NCBI GenBank assembly: GCA_964291395.2 | Contig: OZ219858.1 | Location: forward strand, 558,378 to 622,377 | Source: Alphaproteobacteria bacterium | GTDB taxonomy: Bacteria > Pseudomonadota > Alphaproteobacteria > UBA2966 | Reading direction: 5' to 3' | DNA length: 64,000 nucleotides | Shown here: in pieces, positions 18,405 through 26,823 of the stretch | Numbering within the stretch: position 1 is the stretch's first letter | Layout: each line of letters starts with the position of its first letter | Position numbers and translations under genes: made by a program | Notes under the pieces: generated by a model | Database searches by the model: none | The model's input: the letters and a program-made list of their open reading frames with translations, nothing else | What the model was told of the DNA's origin: nothing

Positions 18405-19742
18405 ATGAGCTTGGCGGACCTGGATGCCGATGAAGCCGTCGCGGGTGTCGCGAGCGGCGAATTCAGTGCCGTCGATCTCGTCGAGGCCTGTCTCGGACGC
18501 ATAGCGGAGCGCGACGGCGACATCGAAGCCTGGGCCCACCTCGATCCCGACTTTGCCATCGAGCAGGCTCGCGAGCGCGACGCCTCTCGGGCCACCGGCC
18601 AGGCACTGGGACCGCTCCACGGCGTTCCCGTCGGCGTCAAGGACATCATCGACACCCGCGACGCGCCAACGGAGAACGGCACCGTCCTGGACTCCGGGCG
18701 GCGGCCATCGGCCGATGCACGCGTCGTAACCCTGCTCAAGGAAGCCGGCGCCGTGATCATGGGCAAGACCGTGACCACGGAACTCGCCGTTTACGCGCCG
18801 GGCAGGACCCGCAACCCGCATGACCGGGATCACACGCCGGGCGGCTCGTCCAGCGGCTCCGCGGCAGCGGTGTCCGCCGGCATGGTCCCGCTCGCCGTCG
18901 GCACGCAGACGAACGGTTCCGTCATCCGTCCGGCCGCGTATTGCGGCGTCGTCGGTCTGAAACCTACCCACGGGAGGATATCCCGTCGCGGCGTGCTCGC
19001 CCAGTCACGCCCGCTCGACACCGTCGGCGTCATGGCTCGCACGGTGAAGGACGCGGCGCTCATCGCCGACGTGCTCGCGGTCTACGACGACGGCGACCCC
19101 GACATGATCATCCGGGCGCGACCGCGACTGGCCGAGACGGTTGCCGCGGGTCCTCCCCTCCCGTCGGCCTTCGCCTTCGTCCGGACGCCCGTTTGGGACG
19201 AGGCCGACGAGGAAACCCATGAGGCCTTCGGGGAGCTTGCCGAGTTTCTGGGAGAGGCTTGCGACGAAGTTCCCCTCCCCGAACCGTTCGATCACGCCGT
19301 CGGCTGGCACCGCACGGTCATGTGCGCGGACCAGGCGAAGAGCTTCGCGGGCTACTACGAACGCGGCAAGGAGGACTTGAGCGAGATCCTGCGCGACATG
19401 ATCGAAGAGGGGCAGAAGACGTCGGCGGTCGACTACAACCGTGCCGTCGAATGGCGCGACGTGTTGAGCTCGGGCCTGGACAAGATCTTCGATCGCTATG
19501 ATGCGATCATCACGCCGGCCGCGACCGGCGTCGCACCCGCCGGCCTCGACTCGACGGGGAGCCCCGTCTTCTGCACACTCTGGACCTACTGCGGCGTCCC
19601 CGCGGTCTCTCTGCCGCTCCTCGAGGGAAGCAAGGGGCTCCCTCTCGGCGTGCAACTGGTGGGGCGCCGCGGCGACGACGCCAGGCTGTTGCGGACCGCC
19701 CGATGGCTGGTCGATCGCATCGCCGAGGAGGCGGACGGATGA
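18405..19742 (+). CDS. Amidase-signature family amidase
   Basis: GGSSSGSAAAVSAGMVPLAVGTQTNGSVIRPAAYCGVVGLKPT is the amidase signature, with the Ser-cisSer-Lys context present. Confidence 0.88.
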   Translation: MSLADLDADEAVAGVASGEFSAVDLVEACLGRIAERDGDIEAWAHLDPDFAIEQARERDASRATGQALGPLHGVPVGVKDIIDTRDAPTENGTVLDSGRRPSADARVVTLLKEAGAVIMGKTVTTELAVYAPGRTRNPHDRDHTPGGSSSGSAAAVSAGMVPLAVGTQTNGSVIRPAAYCGVVGLKPTHGRISRRGVLAQSRPLDTVGVMARTVKDAALIADVLAVYDDGDPDMIIRARPRLAETVAAGPPLPSAFAFVRTPVWDEADEETHEAFGELAEFLGEACDEVPLPEPFDHAVGWHRTVMCADQAKSFAGYYERGKEDLSEILRDMIEEGQKTSAVDYNRAVEWRDVLSSGLDKIFDRYDAIITPAATGVAPAGLDSTGSPVFCTLWTYCGVPAVSLPLLEGSKGLPLGVQLVGRRGDDARLLRTARWLVDRIAEEADG

Positions 19743-19757
19743 GGACCGTCATGGACG

Positions 19758-20006
19758 GTGGGGACTGATATGCTGGACAGGATCTTCGCCGCGATCGGCA
19801 TGCTGGGCTTGATCGCCTTCATGGGCATCGTCGCCGTTTACGTGATGGAGCCCGACCTCTGGCTCGTCGCTTCCGTCGGCGTGTTCATCGCCGTCTTCTT
19901 CGTTTGGCGCGAGGCCGTGGCGGCCGCGGGGATCCCCCTTCGTCCGGCCGACGCGTGGACTGATACGTCACCCGGCGGGCCGCAAGAGGAGGGAAAAGGC
20001 AGGTGA
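19758..20006 (+). CDS. Small hypothetical membrane protein (two predicted TM helices)
   Basis: 82-aa ORF with two hydrophobic stretches (IFAAIGMLGLIAFMGIVAVYV and LWLVASVGVFIAVFFVW). It sits 15 nt after the amidase stop and overlaps the next start by 4 nt. No recognisable family. Confidence 0.35.
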   Translation: MGTDMLDRIFAAIGMLGLIAFMGIVAVYVMEPDLWLVASVGVFIAVFFVWREAVAAAGIPLRPADAWTDTSPGGPQEEGKGR

Positions 20007-20941
20007 GCGTCGGTGTCGGCATCGGCATAAGCGAGCTTCCCTTCGAGAGGGCGCGCGGATTCTGGCGCTGGATCGAGATGTGCGAGGAGTCGGCCGTCGA
20101 TTCGATCTGGCAGACCGACCGGCTGATCACCGACAATCCGATGCTGGAAAGCCTGACCACGATGGCCGCCATCGCCGGTGCGACCGAGCGCCTCAAGTTC
20201 GGCGTGAACGTCGTCGCGCTCGGCTGGCGCGACCCGCTGGTCGTCGCCAAGCAGTGCGCCTCGATCGATTTTCTCAGCGGGGGCCGCCTGTTGCCCGCCT
20301 TCGGGATCGGCACCCCCCGCGGCGAGGAGTGGCGGGCGACGGGCCGCGACACCCGGGGCCGCGGCGCGCGTACCGACGAAGCCCTCGACATTATCTCCCG
20401 CCTCTGGGCCGGAGAGACCGTGGATTACGACGGTGAGCACTACCGGTACCGCGGGGCCCGGATCTCGCCGCTGCCCGTTCAGAAGCGCCTGCCGCTCTGG
20501 ATCGGCGGCGACAGCAAAGCCGCGATCCGTCGCACCGCCCGCATCGGCACGGGCTGGCTCGCCGGCTTTCAGTCGCCGGACGAGGTGACGCCGGTGGTGG
20601 CCGCCATCAAGGTCGCCGCCGAGGAGGCGGGACGTCGTATCCCCGACGATCATTACGGGGCCGGCTTCCACTACCGTTTTGGCTCCTGGAACGATGCTCC
20701 CGTGACGCCCCGGGCCGAGACCATCGTCAAACGGAACGCGCGGAGACCCGAGGACTGCATGGTCATCGGCGATGCCGCCGACATGGTGGAGAGACTCGAA
20801 CAATTCGTCGCCGGCGGGGTCTCGAAATTCGTGCTGCAGCCGGTCGCGGCCGGCGACGACGATACCCTCGAACAGACCCGTCACCTGATCGACGAGGTGC
20901 TGCCCGACGTGCCCGCCCTCAACGAGTCCGCGCCGGGTTAG
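20003..20941 (+). CDS. Luciferase-like monooxygenase (LLM) class flavin/F420-dependent oxidoreductase
   Basis: 312 aa with a GTG start. DSIWQTDRL...LESLTTMAAIAGATERLKFGVNV...ASIDFLSGGRLLPAFGIG is the typical LLM pattern. Confidence 0.8.
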   Translation: MSVGVGIGISELPFERARGFWRWIEMCEESAVDSIWQTDRLITDNPMLESLTTMAAIAGATERLKFGVNVVALGWRDPLVVAKQCASIDFLSGGRLLPAFGIGTPRGEEWRATGRDTRGRGARTDEALDIISRLWAGETVDYDGEHYRYRGARISPLPVQKRLPLWIGGDSKAAIRRTARIGTGWLAGFQSPDEVTPVVAAIKVAAEEAGRRIPDDHYGAGFHYRFGSWNDAPVTPRAETIVKRNARRPEDCMVIGDAADMVERLEQFVAGGVSKFVLQPVAAGDDDTLEQTRHLIDEVLPDVPALNESAPG

Positions 20942-21154
20942 CGGCCTTGATCGCGTGAGTGCTTGCCTGACCGCTGAGGCTGTCGGGCAATGAAGGCCGT
21001 TGTGTATCCGGCATTTGGCCCGAGCGGCGCTTGAGCGGCGGCGCCCGCCGCGCCGGACAGGATCCCGTTGGTAGCTTCCGAGCTTGTGATCGCGGAGGCG
21101 GGAGCCGGACGCCGCCCGTGCCCGACAGGAAAACTCCGAACGCGTTTACGTCCG

Positions 21155-22120
21155 CTATCCCGCGCGCCACGTGGAGGCGGGTTCGGACTCCGGCGCCACC
21201 ACCCCCGTCTGTTCGGCGATGATGCCGTAGTGCTCGATGCGCCGGTGGGCGGCGAAGTTCAGGAGCGCGTCCTTGCTGCGCACGCTGAGATCGAGGTCGC
21301 ACCTGGCCACGATCAGCTCGTCCTCCTTGGTGGCGCATTGGGCGACGATCTCGCCCGACGGCGCGATGATGGCGCTGCCGCCGATCAGGTCGCAGCCCTC
21401 CTCCTCGCCGGCCTTCGCCACGCCCACCACCCAACAGCCGTTCTGATAGGCGCCGGCCTGCATGCACAGGTGATTGTGAAACGCGGCCAGATTGTCGTAG
21501 GTCGGATCCCAGGGCAGATGCGCCGGCGTGTTGTAGCCCAGCAGGATGATCTCCGCGCCACGCAACGCCAGGGCGCGGTAGGTCTCGGGCCAGCGCCGGT
21601 CGTTGCAGAGGCACATGCCCATCACGCCGCCCATGGTCCGCCAGGTCCGGAATCCGAGGTCGCCGACGTCGAAATACCGCTTCTCGAGGTGCTGGAAGGG
21701 ATAATCGGGCCGGTTGTCGGCATGGCCCGGAAGGTGCACCTTGCGGTACTTGCCGGCGATGTCCCCTTCGGCGTCGACCAGGATGGCCGTGTTGTAGCGG
21801 CGCCGTTCGCCGTCTTCGATCGCCAGCTCGCCGTACCCGAGATAGAACCCGATACCGAGCTTCCTGGCCGTGTCGAACAGCGGATAGGTGGCCGCCGACG
21901 GCATCTCCCGCTCGAACCAGGAATCGACCTCGATGTCGTCCTCCATCCACCAGCGGGGAAAGAACGAGGTCAGCGCCAGTTCCGGAAAGACCACGAGCTT
22001 GCAGCCCAACCCGTGCGCCTCGCGCATCAACTCGACCAGGCGGCCGACCACCGATTGACGGCTTTCGCTGCGGGCGACGGGGCCGGTTTGCGCCCCGCCC
22101 ACCAGGATGGTCCTGCTCAT
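21155..22120 (-). CDS. N-carbamoyl-D-amino-acid hydrolase (D-carbamoylase; nitrilase superfamily)
   Basis: Internal ATG at 22118-22120 (RBS GGGAGGGAGG). The Glu-Lys-Cys triad contexts are VVFPELALTSFFPRWW, YRKVHLPG and MGMCLCNDRRWPE. CNDRRWPE is the D-carbamoylase hallmark. Confidence 0.85.
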   Translation of the reverse strand: MSRTILVGGAQTGPVARSESRQSVVGRLVELMREAHGLGCKLVVFPELALTSFFPRWWMEDDIEVDSWFEREMPSAATYPLFDTARKLGIGFYLGYGELAIEDGERRRYNTAILVDAEGDIAGKYRKVHLPGHADNRPDYPFQHLEKRYFDVGDLGFRTWRTMGGVMGMCLCNDRRWPETYRALALRGAEIILLGYNTPAHLPWDPTYDNLAAFHNHLCMQAGAYQNGCWVVGVAKAGEEEGCDLIGGSAIIAPSGEIVAQCATKEDELIVARCDLDLSVRSKDALLNFAAHRRIEHYGIIAEQTGVVAPESEPASTWRAG

Positions 22121-22340
22121 GCCTCCCTCCCGAAACGTGGGTCCGTCCGGCCATAGTATCGAAATGCGTCGATCCGTTCCCTCCGCACACGTCGCCTTCG
22201 TGTTCCTGCGGCCCCGATGGATTGGCCGTGGGATATCCCTGATCGGCGGAACTATTGCGGCGCCGGCTCCGCAAAGCCCTGTATCATCGTCGCCGAGGGC
22301 GTCGGGACGCCCGCGGGCGCAATCTTTTCGGGACCGGTTC

Positions 22341-25300
22341 GTGTATCTGGACGGTCGACTGTGGGCATTCACCAGGGGCGTGCGGCTTCGCATCGCCTGG
22401 GCCGTATGCATCGGCCTGCTGGCGGTCGCGGTGGGCATTGTCCGACTCGGCCTGTTGGGCTGGCTTCTGGGCAAGGTATTCGGCGGCCAGTCGGTCGAGA
22501 ACCTGATCCTGCCCATCGCGCTGGTGGCCGGAACGATGCTGCTGCGCGGCTGGCTCGACTACCACCGGGACATGGTCGCACACCGCACGGCCGCCGTCGT
22601 TCAAACCCGTCTGCGGCTGATGATCTACGATCACGTCACGGAGCTCGGACCGGCACCCTTCACCGGAGCCCGAACCGGCGACGTGATGCTCTCCATGGTC
22701 GAGGGAGTCGAACAGCTCGAGGTCTATTTCGGTCAGTATCTGCCGCAACTCTTCGTCGCAGGGCTGACGCCGGTACTGATTTTCGCCTTCGTCGCGTTCG
22801 TCGACATGCCGATCGCCCTGGTGCTCCTGATCGCGGCGCTCGTCACGCTCGTCGCGCCGGCCGTCTGGCACGGCCTGGACGGCAGGAACAGCGCGGCACG
22901 GCAAGAGACGTACGGTGCGTTCGGCGCGGAATTCCTGGACGCCATCCAGGGACTCGCGACGATCAAGGCGTTCGGACAGACGCGGGAGCGCGCGGAGATG
23001 CTGCGGACCAAGGCGCATGCGCTGTTCAAAAGCACGATGTGGGTCATGGCGACGAGCACGCTGTCCCGCGGCATCACGGACACCGGGATCGGGATCGGCG
23101 CCGCCGTGGCACTGGGCTGGGGCGCGTACCGGGTCGAGGCCGGACACATGGACATCACCGCCCTGCTCATCATCCTGATGCTGGGCGTCGAGGTGTTCCG
23201 GCCGCTGCGGGACCTCCGGGTCATCCTGCATCGGGGCATGGTCGGCCTTGCCGCGGCGAAGGGCGTCTTTCATCTGCTCGACATGCGGCCGACGGTGCAC
23301 GACGCACCGGCAACCGGGGACGGGGAGATTCCTCTCGACCCCACGGTGACTTTCGAGGGCGTCACGTTCTCCTATCCCGGCGGCCGGCAGCCGGCGCACG
23401 CCGGCCTGAGTTTCGATGCGAAGGCCGGCGAGCGGGTGGGCATCGTCGGTCCCAGCGGATCGGGGAAAACCTCGGTCGCGCGATTGCTGTTGCGATTCTA
23501 CGACCCGCAGGGCGGGCGCATCCTCATCGGCGGCCGGGATCTGCGCGAACTCGCATTCGATCGGATCCGCAGCCGGATCGCGGTGGTGAACCAGGACACC
23601 TACATGTTCCACGGCACGGTCGAGGACAACCTGCGGATGGGCAAGGCCGACGCCACCGGGGCGGAGTTGGAAGCCGCGGCCCGGGCGGCCAATGCCCATC
23701 GATTCATAACCCGGTTGCCGCAGGGTTACCGCACCGTGGTCGGGGAGCGCGGCGTCCGTCTGTCGGGGGGACAGCGGCAGCGAATCGCGATCGCCCGCGC
23801 GCTTCTCCGGGACGCGCCGATCCTCATCCTGGATGAAGCGCTGTCCGCGGTCGATGCGGAGAACGAAGCCGTCATCCAGGAAGCTCTTGAACGCCTGATG
23901 GAGGGCCGTACCACGCTGATTTTCGCGCACAGGCTTTCCAGCGTCATAACCGCGGACCGCATTCTGGCGCTGGAAAGCGGACGGGTCGCCGAGAGCGGGA
24001 CTCATGCGGAACTGATGGCGCGGCGCGGGACCTACTACCGGCTGATGGCCGCGCAGGCCCTGGACGGCGCCGGCGGTGTCGATGTCGACGACCGGACCAT
24101 CGGGCAGGCCCGGGACGACGCACTGCCGGTCGGCGAACCCGAGGCGGCGGTCGCGCCTTCCGAGCCCACCGACGCCATCATACGGGCAGAGGGCCTGGGG
24201 TGGTCCTCGCTGATCGGAATCCTGATGGGGATGATCCGCGGATATGTGGCGCAGCTCGTCGTCACCTTCATGCTGGGCGTTGCCCGGGTGGCGGCCTTCA
24301 TCGGCGTCGGCGTGGTCGGCGCGCTCGTCGTGCTCGCGGTCAAGAACGGCGAGTCCTTCGAAGGCCTTCTCATCATCCTGGGCATCACCGCGCCGCTCGC
24401 CGGCATCTTCCACTGGATCGAATCGTGGTTCGCTCACGACATGGCGTACAGGCTGTTGGCGGACATGCGAATCGACATGTTCCGGAGGCTCGATGCGCTC
24501 GCTCCGGCCTACCTGATGCGACGGCGTAGCGGCGATCTGGTGGGTGTCGCAACCCACGACGTCGAGCTCATCGAATATTTCTTCGCCCACTCCGTCACGC
24601 CGGCGTTCGTCGCCGTGCTCGTCCCCGCCGTCGTGCTTGCGACCCTCGTCTCGTTCGGGTGGCAGATCGCCTTGGCCCTGCTGCCCTTCCTCGTCTACGC
24701 CGGCCTCAGTCCGGTGCTCGGCCGGGGCCGGATCGATCGCCTGGGCTCGCGCGCCCGCGAGGCCTCCGGCGACCTGAGCGCCTTCGCGGTCGATTCCGTG
24801 CAGGGCCTCGGCGAGATCGTCGCGTTTCAGCAGATCCGGCGCCGCGGCGAGGAGTTCGCGGCGAAGGCGCGGGCGTTCGTGGAGATTCGGACGCCGTTCC
24901 TGAGCGATCTGGCCATGCAGACCGCGCTGCAGGACGTCGCGACCGGGTTGGGCGGCCTCGCGGTGATCGTGGTCGGCGGCGTCCTCACGGTGGAGGGGCG
25001 TCTCGAAAGCGGCGTCCTGCCGTTGCTCACGCTGCTCGCCATGTCGGCCTTCCTGCCGATTTCCGAGATTGCCCAGGTGGGCCGCCAGCTCGCGGACACC
25101 CTCGGCGCCACCCGCCGGGTCCACGCGGTGAACACGGAGCCGATCACGGTCACCGACGGCCCCGGTGTCGCCGCGCAGGACCGCCGGGACGGGGTCGCCC
25201 TGGAGATGTCGGATGTCGACTTCACCTACCCCGGCCGGACCCGCCCCGCGCTCTCCGGGGTGTCGTTCGCGGTTCCGGCCGGCACCACGGTGGCGCTCGT

Positions 25301-25940
25301 GGGTCCGTCCGGTGCGGGGAAGACGACCGTCGCCGGCCTTTTCCTGCGTTTCTGGGATCCCACGCGCGGCGTGGTCACGATGGCGGGGCACGATCTCAGG
25401 GACTACGGGCTCGACGATTTGCGCCGACAGATCGCGCTGGTCGCGCAGGACGGCTATCTGTTCAACGACACGCTTCGGAACAACATCCTGATCGCGCGAC
25501 CGTCGGCCGGCGCGCCGGAACTCGCGGAGGCCGTCGAAATGGCCTCGCTCTCGGAGTTCGTCGCGACCCTGCCGGAGGGTCTCGAGACGGTCGTCGGCGA
25601 GCGCGGCGCCCAGCTTTCGGGCGGTCAGCGCCAGCGCGTTGCGATCGCGCGCGCCTTTCTCAAGGATGCGCCGATCCTGATCCTGGATGAAGCGACCTCG
25701 CACCTCGACGCGGTCAACGAACAGGCGGTTCGCGGCGCGCTGCGGTTGCTCATGCGCGACCGGACGACGGTGGTCATCGCGCATCGGCTCTCGACCATCC
25801 GCGACGCCGCACGGATCGTCGTGCTCGACGAGGGACGGGTGATCGAGGCCGGAGACCATGAGGCGCTGCTCGAGCGCGGCGGACCGTACGCCCGCCTCGT
25901 TTCCGGGCAGCTCCGTGCGGGGGCCGTTTCCGCGGCGTAA
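22341..25940 (+). CDS. cydDC: Fused two-module ABC exporter, CydD-like plus CydC-like (TMD-NBD-TMD-NBD)
   Basis: There are two complete modules: GPSGSGKTS...[27 protein letters not shown] and GPSGAGKTT...LSGGQRQRVAIARAFLKDAPILILDEA. The start is uncertain. I chose the in-frame GTG at 22341 because the region upstream to the ATG at 22164 has weak third-position GC and an R/S/P-rich translation. Confidence 0.8.
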   Translation: MYLDGRLWAFTRGVRLRIAWAVCIGLLAVAVGIVRLGLLGWLLGKVFGGQSVENLILPIALVAGTMLLRGWLDYHRDMVAHRTAAVVQTRLRLMIYDHVTELGPAPFTGARTGDVMLSMVEGVEQLEVYFGQYLPQLFVAGLTPVLIFAFVAFVDMPIALVLLIAALVTLVAPAVWHGLDGRNSAARQETYGAFGAEFLDAIQGLATIKAFGQTRERAEMLRTKAHALFKSTMWVMATSTLSRGITDTGIGIGAAVALGWGAYRVEAGHMDITALLIILMLGVEVFRPLRDLRVILHRGMVGLAAAKGVFHLLDMRPTVHDAPATGDGEIPLDPTVTFEGVTFSYPGGRQPAHAGLSFDAKAGERVGIVGPSGSGKTSVARLLLRFYDPQGGRILIGGRDLRELAFDRIRSRIAVVNQDTYMFHGTVEDNLRMGKADATGAELEAAARAANAHRFITRLPQGYRTVVGERGVRLSGGQRQRIAIARALLRDAPILILDEALSAVDAENEAVIQEALERLMEGRTTLIFAHRLSSVITADRILALESGRVAESGTHAELMARRGTYYRLMAAQALDGAGGVDVDDRTIGQARDDALPVGEPEAAVAPSEPTDAIIRAEGLGWSSLIGILMGMIRGYVAQLVVTFMLGVARVAAFIGVGVVGALVVLAVKNGESFEGLLIILGITAPLAGIFHWIESWFAHDMAYRLLADMRIDMFRRLDALAPAYLMRRRSGDLVGVATHDVELIEYFFAHSVTPAFVAVLVPAVVLATLVSFGWQIALALLPFLVYAGLSPVLGRGRIDRLGSRAREASGDLSAFAVDSVQGLGEIVAFQQIRRRGEEFAAKARAFVEIRTPFLSDLAMQTALQDVATGLGGLAVIVVGGVLTVEGRLESGVLPLLTLLAMSAFLPISEIAQVGRQLADTLGATRRVHAVNTEPITVTDGPGVAAQDRRDGVALEMSDVDFTYPGRTRPALSGVSFAVPAGTTVALVGPSGAGKTTVAGLFLRFWDPTRGVVTMAGHDLRDYGLDDLRRQIALVAQDGYLFNDTLRNNILIARPSAGAPELAEAVEMASLSEFVATLPEGLETVVGERGAQLSGGQRQRVAIARAFLKDAPILILDEATSHLDAVNEQAVRGALRLLMRDRTTVVIAHRLSTIRDAARIVVLDEGRVIEAGDHEALLERGGPYARLVSGQLRAGAVSAA

Positions 25941-25960
25941 CGTCCGGACCCCGGAGGGAC

Positions 25961-26035
25961 TGGAGCGGGCGAAGGGATTCGAACCCTCGACTTCGACCTT
26001 GGCAAGGTCGCGCTCTACCCCTGAGCTACGCCCGC
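25961..26035 (-). tRNA. tRNA-Gly(GCC): tRNA-Gly, anticodon GCC, with encoded CCA
   Basis: The reverse complement is GCGGGCGTAGCTCAGGGGTAGAGCGCGACCTTGCCAAGGTCGAAGTCGAGGGTTCGAATCCCTTCGCCCGCTCCA. It folds as a cloverleaf with a 7-bp acceptor stem, a GTTCGAATC T-loop and the anticodon loop CTTGCCAAG. Confidence 0.95.
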
Positions 26036-26209
26036 GTTCCCGAAACGACGACCGCCGCAGCGTTTGCGGCGCGTGATCATAACCATAGCCGCGCGGGACG
26101 CAATCGCAAAGGCCGTGATCCGTCCGGCCCCCGCGCCCCGACCGCTTGGCTTGCCGCTCTCTCTTGGCTATCGTCGCCCCCGCGCGAGCCACCTCCCGGC
26201 GATTGGATC

Positions 26210-26734
26210 ATGCCCGCTACCGAGCAAGAACTGTTTGACCGCCTCGCGGAACTCGACATCGAGTGCACGACCTGCCGCCATCCCGCGGTGTGGACGGTCG
26301 AAGAGAGCAGGCGTTTGCGCGGCGACATGCCCGGCGGCCATTGCAAGAGCCTGTTCCTGAAGGACAAGAAGGGCATGGTGTACCTGGTGGTCGCCCTGGA
26401 AGACCGCGAGATCGACATGAAGGGGTTGCGCCGCTCGATCGGGGCGGCGCCGCTTTCGTTCGCGCGGCCCGAGCTGCTGATGGAGATGCTGGGCGTGACC
26501 CCGGGAGCCGTTACGCCGTTCGGGCTGATCAACGACGTGAACGCCGCGGCACGCGTGGTGCTGGACAAGGAGATGCTGGAACGGGACCCGCTCAACTACC
26601 ACCCGTTGACCAACGAGGCGACGACGGCCATTGCACCGGGCGATCTGCTGAAATTCATTTGCGCCTGCGGCCATGAGCCGCGGATATTGGATTTCGAGGC
26701 GCTGAACGAACCGGCCGGCGGATCGGGCGACTAA
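26210..26734 (+). CDS. proX: Prolyl-tRNA editing protein of the YbaK/ProX family
   Basis: 174 aa. HCKSLFLKDKKG...LGVTPGAVTPFGL is typical of the ProX/YbaK deacylase domain. Confidence 0.75.
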   Translation: MPATEQELFDRLAELDIECTTCRHPAVWTVEESRRLRGDMPGGHCKSLFLKDKKGMVYLVVALEDREIDMKGLRRSIGAAPLSFARPELLMEMLGVTPGAVTPFGLINDVNAAARVVLDKEMLERDPLNYHPLTNEATTAIAPGDLLKFICACGHEPRILDFEALNEPAGGSGD

Positions 26735-26823
26735 GACCCCGCTTGGCTTGCGCCAGGCGTGCTATCATGTTTCGTGAACCGCAGCTTCGAGGCTGCGCAG
26801 GGCAGACGAGCCGAAGAGGCATT

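Noticed and set aside
16293-18971. 892-aa minus-strand ORF across dctM and the amidase
   Set aside because: It is antisense to two genes with clear identities. The translation is a low-complexity R/D/G/H-rich sequence.
22107-22340. Upstream ATG starts (22107, 22164) for the fused ABC exporter
   Set aside because: The 22107 start would overlap the divergent carbamoylase start. The 22164-22340 stretch has weaker third-position GC and an R/S/P-rich translation. I kept the GTG at 22341 as the working start but flag it as uncertain.
25961-26035. tRNA-Gly as a genomic-island integration site
   Set aside because: There is no integrase gene next to it. I did not spot a direct repeat of the tRNA 3' end nearby. 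The genes on both sides look like ordinary chromosomal genes.
22284-26192. 1302-aa minus-strand ORF, the longest in the window
   Set aside because: It is antisense to the fused CydDC-type gene, which has two full sets of ABC motifs, and it runs straight through the tRNA-Gly. There are no motifs, and the composition is R/G/D/P-rich.
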